Source: a virus
Virus record (IMG/VR): IMGVR_UViG_3300042090_002148
Direction: 5' to 3' (one strand)
DNA length: 64,000 nucleotides
Part shown: positions 8,815 to 18,542 of the stretch, piece after piece
Layout: every line of letters starts with the position of its first letter
Numbering within the stretch: position 1 is the first letter of the stretch
Translations under genes and position numbers: made by a program
Notes under the pieces: generated by a model
What the model was told of the DNA's origin: nothing
The model's database searches: none
Seen by the model: the letters and a program-made list of their open reading frames with translations, nothing else

Positions 8815-11800
8815 TCACGAGCCCTGGTTGTTCAAGTAGGACGTGGGCTGGCCGTATGTGCCGGGCACTTCGGGCTGTGCGCCTCCCAACGTCTCGTTGG
8901 CGAGATTCGCGGGGTACTCGGGGTCAGCCGAGACCGAGGTGCTCTGGATGACACCGTTCTGTTGCTCGGGACGGTTCACCTTGCTCACAGGCAGATCCTG
9001 CATCGCCACCGCACGTGTGGCCTCCTGCATGGCCCCTGAGTAGCTCGCGCCGTCCATGGTGAGGCCGAAGAAGGTCACGAAGTCCCCGGAGAGGAGGATG
9101 TCGACGGCTCGGTCGCTGCCCTGGTTCGTGTAGCTCGTGATGAGGGTGTCGATAACGGTCACGGGCTCGACGTCGTAGTCGGCCAGCGTGGTGTCGATGG
9201 CCTGCGAAGGCGGCAGGTTCATCGCCGTGGCTTGCGCTCCCTGTAGGAAGGACCAGAGCTCGTTCACCGCAGCCGTCGCAGCACCTACCTGAGCCACCGT
9301 CGGGTTGTCGCTGGTGAGCAGCGGGTTGATGACCGCGTTCATGTTCGTGAAGTAGAGCGGCTGCTGCGTGGTGCCGTTGAGCCACGACTGCATGAGGCCC
9401 TGCACGAGGGTGTAGTCGTTGACGATGCCCACACGCAGCCGAGCGAAGGGTACGGGCTGAGGGGTGAACGTCCAGGTTGTTCCATCGACGATGTCCGGGG
9501 AGATCTCGATGACGTTGATGCCTGCGATGACCTGCTCGATGTCGTAGCTCACCGTCGGGCTGTTGTACTGCGTGGCGTACACCTCCATGATGTCGCCCGA
9601 GTTGAGTCCGTTCGGGATGGCAGGGAGCTGGAACCACGGCGTTGTTCCGAGCTGCGTGACCGAGGGGAAGAAGGCAGCGACGTTGTCTAGTGGTCCGCCG
9701 ATTGTCCCACTCGCCACGATGACGTCGCCCATCGTGAGCGCGTGGTTCGTAGCCATGGGATCGCCGTTGATGCTCTGGACGATGTAGCAAGCAGAGGAAC
9801 CCGAGCTCGTGTTCTGCGTGTCGAGCGTGTAGCCCACCGAGATATTGCCTGCGTCAACGATGACGGTGACCGTCCACGTGAGGGTTGTACCCAAGAACGA
9901 GGATGTACCCTGAACGATGCCGTGCAGGGTGGCTGCCTCGCTGAAGAACAACGGCGCAGCGTTGCCGCCCACGAAGACCTTCGAGGCTGTCGTTGTGTTG
10001 AGCGAGGCAAGCGTGAGGGAGCGCTTGCCGTGGCTGATGGTGAAGGTCGAGGGCAGGGAGCCTGCCGCCGGCGACGAGAGAGCGGACTGCAGCGAGACGT
10101 CGAGAGGCGTGAAGCCTGTGCCGCCTTGGCTCGCCACGAGGTAGAGCCCCTGGTTGATGTTCGGCCCTTGCACCGTGATGCAGTCGTACTTCGAGAGCGT
10201 GAGCGTGGGCCCGAACTGGACGCTCACGTTCGTGGCAGAGCCTGCGCCCACAGGCGAGCCCGCACCGAGGACGCCCAGAACAACATCACCCACCGCGAGC
10301 GTGTGCCCTGTCACATCGCTCTGTCCGTTGATCTCGGAGATGACGTAGTAGCTCGCTGGCGTCGGGCCGCTACGTACTGCCATCGTGTCCCCGGTACTGA
10401 TCATCCCGCCGGTCACGAGCCCAGTCACCGTGTACGTGAGGTCGGTGCCTGGGCCCACGAACATCTGGCTGCCCGAAGCCTCGGCCTCCGTGATGACCAA
10501 CGTCGTCGAGCTCGTCGTGCTCCCCTGTGCCGAGCCCACGTAGAGCGAGGAGATGTACGTGCCAGCCTCTACGAGCGAGGTGTTCGCGTTGATGTAGCTT
10601 GCTACGACATCGGGCGTCGTGGGCGAGCAGCTCATCGTCATGCCCGAAGTGAGGCCGAGCATCTGGAGGCAGCCCGTGCTCGCGACGTCATCTGCGTACA
10701 CCGTGATGCTCGTTCCGGCTGTAATCTGCTCGTTCGGGTTGACGCAGATGATTTTGAGCTTGCGGTTGACCGGACCAATCTGAACGGCCACCGTGCTCGA
10801 GATGGGGCCTGCGGTCGTTGTAGTGACGAACGCGCCTCCTGGGTCCACGGTCGCGATGATGTAGAAGCTCCCTGCGCACTCGATCGTGTCGCCTGGGCTC
10901 ACGTTGAGTGTGAAGAGGTTCGCGATGTACGCAGGCGGTGAACCGTAGGAGGGCACGGTCCAGGTTGTTCCCGCACCGTCGGTGATGAGCTTGCCGCTGT
11001 ACTTGAGCGGCGAGTAGTAGCCCTGGGCCTGCACCTGTCCGGTGGGGATGACGGCGTTGATGTCCGCTGCCACCTGGTCTGCTGTGCGTGCGGTCACCGC
11101 GAAGGGACCGGTCGTGTACGGGCTCAGCGTGAGCGGGCACACATAGGCGGTCGTGTTGATCTTCATCTTGAAGGTGTTGTTCTGCGGGATGCCCGTGACA
11201 GAACCGTCGCCCACGAAGAAGTTCAGGTCGCTCCCTTGCCCATCGAGCTCGGCGATGACCGAGGGCGGCAGCGTGATGGGGACGGTCGTCTCTCCCTCGA
11301 GCACGAGCAGAAGAAGGTCGAAGAGGCCCGTGATGATGGCCATCGCCCCGGTCTGGTCCCCCACGGCCACCGCAGGCGTCGCCAGATGCTGAGCGTCGCT
11401 GTACGGCATGCCGACCCCAGCCAGCGTGTAGTAGTCGCTCGGCTGGTTGAGCGTGCCGAACGTGTCGACCGCGGTCTTCGAGGCGATGAGGTTCAGAACA
11501 ACCTGCCGCACCTCGGTCAAACGGTCGGTGGGGCTCAAGCTGTTGAGCAGCGTCGCAGAAGAACCGATGAGCGAAGCCGCGCTCGAGAGCACACTCTCAG
11601 ACACGATGGCCGGTAGGCTGATGCTGTTGTAGTTCGTCACGCCGTTCACGATGAGCGTGATGGAGGCCACGAGCGCCGTGTGCGCTGCCTGGAGCTGCTT
11701 CATGAGCCCTGGGATGGCGGCCTTCGCCTGCTGAGGCGTCTGCACGATCTGCCCGTTGCTCTTCACGTTCTGACCCGGCCCGCTCAGGAACGAGGAGACG

Positions 11801-12219
11801 TTGGCGGCGAACTGCTGGTAGGCGGGGGCGTTCGAGACCTTGCCGATGGCACTTGTCCTATTGGCTGCAGCCGCCGCGAGGTTCTGAAGAGCGGCCTGCG
11901 CGTTGAACAACGGGGACACGTCCGAGACCGGCGTGACCTTCATCCCCGTGGCCGCGATGGCAGCCAGAAGTTGCTGGATGATGACGGCTTCGGCGGTCAC
12001 CTGATCGCGGATGCGCTGCACCCCCAACCAGAGCACGTAGAAGGGTGCGTTGGGGTACAGGACGAACAACCCAGCCGCTGTCTGCTGGAACTGGTTGAAC
12101 GTGAGGTCGGATCGTCTAACCCCGAGCGTATCAATTGGGGTGGTGATGCTCGAAAGGACGAGCTGCTGGACGACGGCGTTGATCTCGTCCGAGGTGTATC
12201 CGGTCGTAGGCTGGGTCAT
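8815..12219 (-). CDS. large virion structural protein (tail/baseplate-associated)
   Basis: 1134 aa, T/S/G/A/V-rich and K/E-poor, beta-rich middle with an internal ~65-aa duplication. Confidence 0.7.
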   Translation of the reverse strand: MTQPTTGYTSDEINAVVQQLVLSSITTPIDTLGVRRSDLTFNQFQQTAAGLFVLYPNAPFYVLWLGVQRIRDQVTAEAVIIQQLLAAIAATGMKVTPVSDVSPLFNAQAALQNLAAAAANRTSAIGKVSNAPAYQQFAANVSSFLSGPGQNVKSNGQIVQTPQQAKAAIPGLMKQLQAAHTALVASITLIVNGVTNYNSISLPAIVSESVLSSAASLIGSSATLLNSLSPTDRLTEVRQVVLNLIASKTAVDTFGTLNQPSDYYTLAGVGMPYSDAQHLATPAVAVGDQTGAMAIITGLFDLLLLVLEGETTVPITLPPSVIAELDGQGSDLNFFVGDGSVTGIPQNNTFKMKINTTAYVCPLTLSPYTTGPFAVTARTADQVAADINAVIPTGQVQAQGYYSPLKYSGKLITDGAGTTWTVPSYGSPPAYIANLFTLNVSPGDTIECAGSFYIIATVDPGGAFVTTTTAGPISSTVAVQIGPVNRKLKIICVNPNEQITAGTSITVYADDVASTGCLQMLGLTSGMTMSCSPTTPDVVASYINANTSLVEAGTYISSLYVGSAQGSTTSSTTLVITEAEASGSQMFVGPGTDLTYTVTGLVTGGMISTGDTMAVRSGPTPASYYVISEINGQSDVTGHTLAVGDVVLGVLGAGSPVGAGSATNVSVQFGPTLTLSKYDCITVQGPNINQGLYLVASQGGTGFTPLDVSLQSALSSPAAGSLPSTFTISHGKRSLTLASLNTTTASKVFVGGNAAPLFFSEAATLHGIVQGTSSFLGTTLTWTVTVIVDAGNISVGYTLDTQNTSSGSSACYIVQSINGDPMATNHALTMGDVIVASGTIGGPLDNVAAFFPSVTQLGTTPWFQLPAIPNGLNSGDIMEVYATQYNSPTVSYDIEQVIAGINVIEISPDIVDGTTWTFTPQPVPFARLRVGIVNDYTLVQGLMQSWLNGTTQQPLYFTNMNAVINPLLTSDNPTVAQVGAATAAVNELWSFLQGAQATAMNLPPSQAIDTTLADYDVEPVTVIDTLITSYTNQGSDRAVDILLSGDFVTFFGLTMDGASYSGAMQEATRAVAMQDLPVSKVNRPEQQNGVIQSTSVSADPEYPANLANETLGGAQPEVPGTYGQPTSYLNNQGS

Positions 12220-12728
12220 GACGCTCTCTTCTTACGGCGATCGTAGGGGACGTAGTCTTCGCTGGCACGGCGACGGTTGCTACGCACGTGGTAGACGTAT
12301 GCACGAGGACAGCCGTGACGTCGGGCACACTCCGCTCCGCTGTCCGTAGAGGTGCGGATGTCCTCGATGACGGCGTCGCTGTACCTGGCCGCCTGGTGTT
12401 CTTCCCCGCGTAGCGGCTCTGTCGACGTCAAAGCTCGCCTGGCTTTGGCCTGCTTGCCGATGTGTGCCCGGCACTTCGCGCAGCTCTTGTAGCCAGGCGT
12501 GGGCTCGCACCGACCGCAGATGTAGCAGAGGCCGCTAGTCTTCTTCTTAGCGGCCCAGCGGTCCCTGCTTGGCTTGCACGCCTTCTTGAACTTCTCGTAG
12601 CAGTTCTTGCAGCGGTCGCTCGAGTAGGTCTGCGTGGCCGGGCAGTCCTTGCAGTGGCCCATCGCCTTCTTCTTGGCGCGTCGTTCTCGTTGCTTGCGTA
12701 ACCGGTGTGCATGAGCAGCGGGAGTCAT
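12216..12728 (-). CDS. Cys-rich multi-zinc-finger protein with C-terminal HTH
   Basis: CKDC, CKNC, CYIC, CAKC; C-terminal SGAECARRHGCPRAYVYHVR. Confidence 0.65.
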   Translation of the reverse strand: MTPAAHAHRLRKQRERRAKKKAMGHCKDCPATQTYSSDRCKNCYEKFKKACKPSRDRWAAKKKTSGLCYICGRCEPTPGYKSCAKCRAHIGKQAKARRALTSTEPLRGEEHQAARYSDAVIEDIRTSTDSGAECARRHGCPRAYVYHVRSNRRRASEDYVPYDRRKKRAS

Positions 12729-12783
12729 GGCCCTCATCCTACCGAGGGCTAAGAGAAAGCGCCACGTTGGCGCCTCCTCCACC

Positions 12784-13005
12784 CTAACGTGGCGGCTCTC
12801 TTGTCATCTCGAGTCCACGCAGCACGCCGTTCAACTGAGAGTCCTTGAGCTCCAGCTGCTGTTCGAGAAGCTTGCTCTTCCTGCACTCCTTCGCCAGCAA
12901 GAAGATGAGCCCTCTGCGTTCCATCCCGCTCACGGGCTCCATCTCGTCTTCCTCCGCAGGAAGTGGCGCGAACATCGTCTCGAGCTCGTCGAATCCGGTA
13001 CCCAT
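12784..13005 (-). CDS. hypothetical protein
   Basis: promoter motif plus GGAGG before ATG 13005. Confidence 0.65.
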   Translation of the reverse strand: MGTGFDELETMFAPLPAEEDEMEPVSGMERRGLIFLLAKECRKSKLLEQQLELKDSQLNGVLRGLEMTREPPR

Positions 13006-13055
13006 GGTTGCTACCTCCACGAGTCTTATCCCGGATCGGCGTGTTGTTTTGCGGC

Positions 13056-13241
13056 CTACTCTCCCTCGCGCCTCACACGGGAACGCTCTTGGTCGAGCAA
13101 CGCGTTGACTTCGCAGCGCAGGGCGTAGACGCGCCGACGTTGCTCTAGCTTGAGCGGTGATTTCTCTGTGGGCGGCGCTAGTGCCTCCTCGAGCGCAAAA
13201 AGTGCGGTCAGCACTGTCGCGAACTCCTTCTCGGGCGTCAT
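13056..13241 (-). CDS. hypothetical protein
   Basis: probable start ATG 13241 (MTPEKEF). Confidence 0.45.
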   Translation of the reverse strand: MTPEKEFATVLTALFALEEALAPPTEKSPLKLEQRRRVYALRCEVNALLDQERSRVRREGE

Positions 13242-13388
13242 CGAGGCCACAGCGCAGTGACGAGCACTGCCACCATGATGCCGAGGAGGAGCAGAGTCAC
13301 TTGGCGCTGCTCCTGTGCCCATGCGAGATCCTCTTCGTGGCGTTGCTCGTCCGTCAGCTTGGCTCTGCGTGCGCGTTCTTCCCTGCGC

Positions 13389-13757
13389 CTACGGTGACGG
13401 CTTGGGCTCAGCATCCACCTTCTCTTCCGGTACGGGCGTGCGCAAGAACTTCACGAGCCGGTTGTCATCGTCGTACTCGGCGGTGATGTAACCCCAGTCC
13501 TTGCGCGGCCCGTCGGGGATGACACCCACGAGGCCATTGATGAGACCGAGCGTACCGAGGAACACCGTATCCACGGTCTGCAGTGTGGGGTGCTTACGCG
13601 TAGCCGCGCTGACGGGCATGCGGATCTCAAAGAGCTGGCCGATGTCGGTGCGCACCGCCGGGTCCTCGATAAGCTTGTTCAGGCGCTCGATGAGGATGTC
13701 CGCGAGCATCGCGTTGATGCTGTTCTCGCCGGTCTCGGGATCAGGAAAGAGGGGCAT
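13389..13757 (-). CDS. hypothetical protein
   Basis: AAGGAG SD then ATG 13757 (MPLFPDP). Confidence 0.65.
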   Translation of the reverse strand: MPLFPDPETGENSINAMLADILIERLNKLIEDPAVRTDIGQLFEIRMPVSAATRKHPTLQTVDTVFLGTLGLINGLVGVIPDGPRKDWGYITAEYDDDNRLVKFLRTPVPEEKVDAEPKPSP

Positions 13758-13861
13758 GTGCTTCTCCTTGGTTGAACCGGGCGGCCAAAGAAGCACGCCC
13801 TTCTTGTTACGGTGGCGATAGCAGAGGTCCCCACCAGGGGACGCGTTGAGGCGACAGGCGA

Positions 13862-14410
13862 TCACGGATGTCCTGATGTATAGCGGCTCGACAATCCTAC
13901 CGCGTGAAACATGCCGAGCGCTTGCCGCTGCCCCGTGTACTGAGTGTTCGCCTCGGTGCGACGCTGGATCTGAAAGTCGACCGGAAGCCCACTCTGTCGT
14001 GCGAGCCAGTCCGAGATGGTCGAGCACATGAGCGACCATAGTGGATGGTAGCGTGGTGCTCGGTACGCGTCGGGAAAGTAGTGATCGAACTTCTCGTCCG
14101 CGAGGATTAGGCGAACGTCGACATCGCGGTAGTCGCGTGTCACGAGCGACGAACCGACCAGGTAGGGGCAGTCGTCAAACGCGTCGTGAATCATCGCGCA
14201 CGCGTGGTCCAGGTGAAACACCGCAGGCGCGGGTAAGTAGTTGGCACGGACGAGTGACTTTGCCACGGCATCCGCGCGCCTCTCTTCGTGGCTCTTGGGT
14301 TCACGATCCCCGCCAGGAAGCGCACGCTGCGCCTCAATCTGCTTCTCTTGCGCGAGATGCTCGAGAATGTTCTTCACCTCTCTGTTCGTGGGTCGGTCTT
14401 CTTCGCTCAT
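13862..14410 (-). CDS. minimal Pol-beta-superfamily nucleotidyltransferase
   Basis: YLVGSS...DYRDVDVR = GS plus DxD catalytic motif; later PVDFQ third Asp. Confidence 0.7.
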   Translation of the reverse strand: MSEEDRPTNREVKNILEHLAQEKQIEAQRALPGGDREPKSHEERRADAVAKSLVRANYLPAPAVFHLDHACAMIHDAFDDCPYLVGSSLVTRDYRDVDVRLILADEKFDHYFPDAYRAPRYHPLWSLMCSTISDWLARQSGLPVDFQIQRRTEANTQYTGQRQALGMFHAVGLSSRYTSGHP

Positions 14411-14524
14411 GATGCGCTCCTTGGCACGCCCTCAAGCATACCTGGCCGACGTATCGCTCCTCTACCGTCGCTACAGGTGGGACGTTGTAGCTAAGAAGAG
14501 CGTTGTACGCTCCTCCTCCACCTC

Positions 14525-15589
14525 TCACTCCTGAGCGTCTTCTTCGTTTGTCTCTACCCCCCAGCGTGCCCAGGGAACCTTCACGGCGTCTGGTGTATGA
14601 GGGACGTCGAGCACGCGTCGTTGCGCGCAGGATGCTCGGTAGCCCGTGTCTTTGGTGAAGACGCTCCGCAGCTGACGGTCAAGGATGTGGTAGCGCAAGC
14701 AGTTGAGCGCCGCGAACAGAACATGGTTCGAGGCTACCTGCGTCCCAACTGCGGACTTCCACTGCCGGAAGGCGTAGGCCGCATCCCCTCGGTGCAGCAT
14801 CTCTCCGGTCACTACTTCGCGTAGCCACTCGAGAGCGCCCTTACGGCTGATGGGCAGCATCCAGATAACTGCGGCGCGAATACCACCAACGAGGTTGGTC
14901 TTACCCGGTAGATCCTGTGCTTCGAGAATCTCGATCTCCTCAGAGTGACGCGCTGCCGCTGCTTCGATCTCTGCCACCGTCACCGGTGTATTGGTGGCCA
15001 GGATGCCCTGCTCCATGCGATGAATCAAGACCAGGGCTGCGCTCATACGCTGGGGAAGGCCAGTCAGCTGCGTGACCGTGCGCTTACCACCAACATCGAC
15101 GGGATCCTTCATGGTCGCTGCGCTGTTCCAGCTGACCACCATACGCACTGTAACGCCGCTTTCGACTACGGCATGCAGACGGTGCTGACCGTCCGTAAGC
15201 CTTCCCTGTGCATCGAAGCAGATGCCCTGGTGGGTCAGCTTCCAGTTGCCGGACTTCATGTCGTTAGCGAACGACGTCACACGAGACGCAGATAGGCCGC
15301 GCTGATCTTCGTGATTCCTCTTGAGCGCATCTGCCGCAAACTGCGGCGTGATGTCCATGATAGCGATGCGAAAACCTTCGGGACCGAAGTGCTCCTTGAT
15401 GATGGCCTTTGCGAACTCTTTGGTTTGATCGGGCCAGTTTACTGCCGCGACTGCTCGTCGTGCCCCTGCTTCGGAAGTGTATGCTCCCGTGCGCAGCGCG
15501 GATAGGAAACCTTCGGGTGTTGAGATATTCGGTGTCACGTCTCCTCCTTGACGCGGTTTCGCGTACATACTCGTTGTATCTGAACGCAC
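14525..15589 (-). CDS. ParB/Srx-like N-terminal domain protein
   Basis: NHEDQRGLS...FDAQGRLTDGQHRLHAV (DGQHR motif); start uncertain. Confidence 0.65.
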   Translation of the reverse strand: MRSDTTSMYAKPRQGGDVTPNISTPEGFLSALRTGAYTSEAGARRAVAAVNWPDQTKEFAKAIIKEHFGPEGFRIAIMDITPQFAADALKRNHEDQRGLSASRVTSFANDMKSGNWKLTHQGICFDAQGRLTDGQHRLHAVVESGVTVRMVVSWNSAATMKDPVDVGGKRTVTQLTGLPQRMSAALVLIHRMEQGILATNTPVTVAEIEAAAARHSEEIEILEAQDLPGKTNLVGGIRAAVIWMLPISRKGALEWLREVVTGEMLHRGDAAYAFRQWKSAVGTQVASNHVLFAALNCLRYHILDRQLRSVFTKDTGYRASCAQRRVLDVPHTPDAVKVPWARWGVETNEEDAQE

Positions 15590-15625
15590 ATTGTTTTTGC
15601 GCTTCCTTGGGTGGCAAGAACCACC

Positions 15626-16921
15626 TCACCTAACAACAACGAGGTACTTCGAGCATCTCGTGATGGCGGTGTAGAGCGCGCGCTTCTTCGTCTCCGCGTC
15701 CATGTGACCTGTGGGCTTGTCGACGACGATGACGTAGGTGAACTGGCTGCCTTGGCTCTTGTGCACGGTGAGCGCGTAGCCGAAGTCGAAGAGCATGCCG
15801 ATGCTCTCCCAGTCACGCACGCGGTAGTCTGCCACCTCTTCGTACTCGTCGAAGTCGCGGATGGTCGCCTCGCGATTGAACTGGACCTTGCTGATGAGCC
15901 CCTCGACCATCAGCTCGTCATCCTCGAAAAGGACCTGCGCGTAGTAGTGGAACTTCGTCTCGCGCTTCTTCGAGAGCTGCACTACGACGCCGCGCATCCC
16001 GTTGAAGATGGTGTGCGCGATGTTCTTCAAGCAGATGACCTGGTCACCCACCTGGAGCTCATCCTTGTAGTCGATGTCCCATGCAGCCCTGCGCGCCATG
16101 CCGTTCAGAGCCACGCGCTCGCGGTTGGTGTTCGTGAGGATGGCCACGTCGTTGTAGGTGGCCTTCTGTCCGAAGAGCTGACTCACCACCGTCTCTAGCT
16201 GGGACATCCCGACGATCTGCACCTCACGCGTGGGCGTGTTGTAGCTGTGGTTGTGGGGGATGAAGCCCTTGCGCCGCACCTCGTCGCTGAGTGCGAGAAT
16301 GGGGCTGCCCTGCGCCTGGCGGTGGATGGTCTCGAGGCGTAGGTCAGGGTCCTCCATCAGGTTGAACTTGCCGTACACCGGCGGCAGCTGCCCGTGGTCG
16401 CCCACCGCGAGGATGGGAATGTCGAACTGGTGCAGCGCGTCGTAGAGCCGCTCGTCCACCATCGAGGCCTCGTCCACGACGATAAGGTCGAGCTCGGGCT
16501 TCTTGCGCGGCCTCCACCCCGTCACGCGCCCGGTGTTCTCGTCGACGACGGGGATGTAGAGAAGCGAGTGGAGGGTGCTGACGGTGTGGTTGGGGTAGTA
16601 GCTGCTGGCGTCCTGGAGCTTGCGGCGCAGTACGCCCGTGGCCTTGCCTGTGAAGGCAGAGAAGCCCACGGGCTGGCGCTTGTAGCGACCCGCGAGGAGG
16701 GACACGAGCGTCGACTTGCCCGAGCCGGCGTACCCACCCAAGGTGAGCAGGCCGCCGCCTCGGTGCTTGCCGTACCACTTGCAGACCTTCTCGAACACCT
16801 CGCGCTGCTCATCGCTGAGCATGCTCTCGTTGAGGACCCGCTTGTGGCCCACGCTGTCGTTGTTCTTCTTGGGTACGTGCGTGAACCTGTACGGGCTGTT
16901 CTCGGTCTGCTTGTGCATCAC
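15626..16921 (-). CDS. SF1B RecD/Dda-like DNA helicase
   Basis: Walker A GYAGSGKST, DEASM, GDHGQLPPV, YALTVHKSQGSQ, YTAITR. Confidence 0.92.
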   Translation of the reverse strand: MMHKQTENSPYRFTHVPKKNNDSVGHKRVLNESMLSDEQREVFEKVCKWYGKHRGGGLLTLGGYAGSGKSTLVSLLAGRYKRQPVGFSAFTGKATGVLRRKLQDASSYYPNHTVSTLHSLLYIPVVDENTGRVTGWRPRKKPELDLIVVDEASMVDERLYDALHQFDIPILAVGDHGQLPPVYGKFNLMEDPDLRLETIHRQAQGSPILALSDEVRRKGFIPHNHSYNTPTREVQIVGMSQLETVVSQLFGQKATYNDVAILTNTNRERVALNGMARRAAWDIDYKDELQVGDQVICLKNIAHTIFNGMRGVVVQLSKKRETKFHYYAQVLFEDDELMVEGLISKVQFNREATIRDFDEYEEVADYRVRDWESIGMLFDFGYALTVHKSQGSQFTYVIVVDKPTGHMDAETKKRALYTAITRCSKYLVVVR

Positions 16922-17406
16922 GCCTTCTTACTCCTCTTCAGCCTGCGCTCCTCCTTCTTTACCTCGACCTCGAGGAGCTGGGCTACGTGGCTCGTGGTGC
17001 GCGCGAGCATGGTCTCCGCCGTGACAGCGATGACTCCGCCCCCGAACGCTCCGATGTGCGGCTTGCTGCAGGTGTGGGCCCACTGCATCACGAAGACCCA
17101 CTTGTAGCCGAAGTGCTTGAGGTAGCCCTGCACGAGCGACGCGACGTTGTCGACGCTCCCGTTCTCCTCGGAGTACAGCCAGAGTCCGTCCTCGTCGTCG
17201 AAGTCCCAATCGAAGCTCGTCCAGCCCACGAAGTCTTCAGGGCCCATCAGGTTGAGGCCCATCTTCTTCAGGAAGTTGTACGTCTTCTGTGGCGTGCCCT
17301 TGTCGGCTGTGAGCGCCTTGGTCAGCCAGTCCTTCTCGAGCTGGCGCTGCTTCGGGTCCTCGGAGAGATCGAGGTTCTCGCTGAACAGAACGTAGTCGTC
17401 GCTCAT
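16918..17406 (-). CDS. hypothetical protein
   Basis: ATG 17406 (MSDDYVLF), ATGA overlaps at both ends. Confidence 0.7.
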   Translation of the reverse strand: MSDDYVLFSENLDLSEDPKQRQLEKDWLTKALTADKGTPQKTYNFLKKMGLNLMGPEDFVGWTSFDWDFDDEDGLWLYSEENGSVDNVASLVQGYLKHFGYKWVFVMQWAHTCSKPHIGAFGGGVIAVTAETMLARTTSHVAQLLEVEVKKEERRLKRSKKA

Positions 17407-17825
17407 CGCTTCTTCTTCCTTGTCTTGGGCTCGAAGCCCAGCATCTCGGAACCGAGTATGAGGACCTCGTGGGGGAACTCGCCGGCGAGCTCCTTGTTGT
17501 GGATGACGTCGAGCAGGACGCGGATGATGGTGCGGTACACGAACGTGTGCACGTCGGCCGGCGCTACCTCGGCGACGCCGGTGAAGCCTGCCGACTGCAA
17601 GAAGAACTGCCCCACCGGTGAACCTAGCCACTGGATGATGGTGGCTGCGACCGTGGCCTGATCCTGCGTGGGCTCCTGTGGTCGATGCTGGTGGTCCGGA
17701 TCGAGCAAGTAGGCGAGCGTGTTGCCTCACTCGTTGTGCTCCTCCCAGAGCTTGGCGAACAACTCCTCCTTCGGGTTGTCCTTGAAGCGGTACCTACTGA
17801 GTCCCTGATGCTTCAGCTTGGGCAT
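17403..17825 (-). pseudogene. phage hypothetical gene interrupted by one in-frame TGA (pseudogene or readthrough)
   Basis: MPKLKH...FAKLWEEHNE*GNTLAYLL...AATIIQWLGSPVGQFFL continuous in one frame; TGA at 17727-17729; SD only before ATG 17825. Confidence 0.6.
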
Positions 17826-18138
17826 GACGCTCTCCAGGTGGAACAAAGAGCTTCTTCAGCTCCTCGTTCGTCGCGTTGATGACATCCTTGCGGTACACGT
17901 ATCTGCCGATGAGATCCTCGCTGTACGCGCTCACATGGAAGCTCTCGGCGGTGAGCCAGAACTTCCCACCCATCCCGAGGTTCCCCATGAAGCGGAACTC
18001 CCAGGTGCCCCAGTCATCTCGAGCGTTCCACTCGAGCATCTTGTACATAAAGTTCTCACGCATCGTCTCCGATGCGCCAGCGTGCTTCACGAGCACGTCG
18101 AAGACCTTCTCGAACAACTCGTACGCTCCCAGTCGCAT
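17794..18138 (-). CDS. hypothetical protein
   Basis: GAGGAG SD then ATG 18138; EFRFMGNLGMGGKFW. Confidence 0.65.
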   Translation of the reverse strand: MRLGAYELFEKVFDVLVKHAGASETMRENFMYKMLEWNARDDWGTWEFRFMGNLGMGGKFWLTAESFHVSAYSEDLIGRYVYRKDVINATNEELKKLFVPPGERHAQAEASGTQ

Positions 18139-18159
18139 GACTCCTCGTAAGGCTAACAA

Positions 18160-18465
18160 CAGCGGGGGCTGTGCCCCCAGTTGTGTTTTCAGGTTGTGTT
18201 TACCCGATGCTACTTTGCGGTCAGTCCGTGTCGCAGAGAGAGTCTGTCGACCTCCTCGTTTCTCGTGCGCGATGCGGCCTCACACAGCACACTTGTTGAA
18301 GTATTGGGTACCGCTAGCGAACTGCTGCCTTCAGCTAGTCTCCCGAATGTCATCACTCTCGTTTAGTCGCAAAGGGTGCACTGCCTCGTACTGCTATTGG
18401 ACGTCTTGCCTCCTGTTCTGGAGAACAACGGAACACTCCAGACAGACATAGGTGTCTGCCTCATG
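18160..18465 (-). ncRNA. candidate structured non-coding RNA
   Basis: ~300 nt bounded by promoter motif (18469-18497) and terminator (18151-18188); no minus-strand ORF over ~50 codons; about 50% GC in a counted line; several hairpins. Confidence 0.35.
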
Positions 18466-18542
18466 ATCCTTGTCCCGCTTCGCGGTCGACTCTTGCGAAG
18501 GCTAAAAAGAACGAGGAGCAGGCCGAAGCCAGCTCCTCGTGC

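Noticed and set aside
13862-14410. CCA-adding enzyme call for the nucleotidyltransferase
   Set aside because: Too short, and lacks the class II DRRD/RRD motifs; only the generic GS/DxD core is visible.
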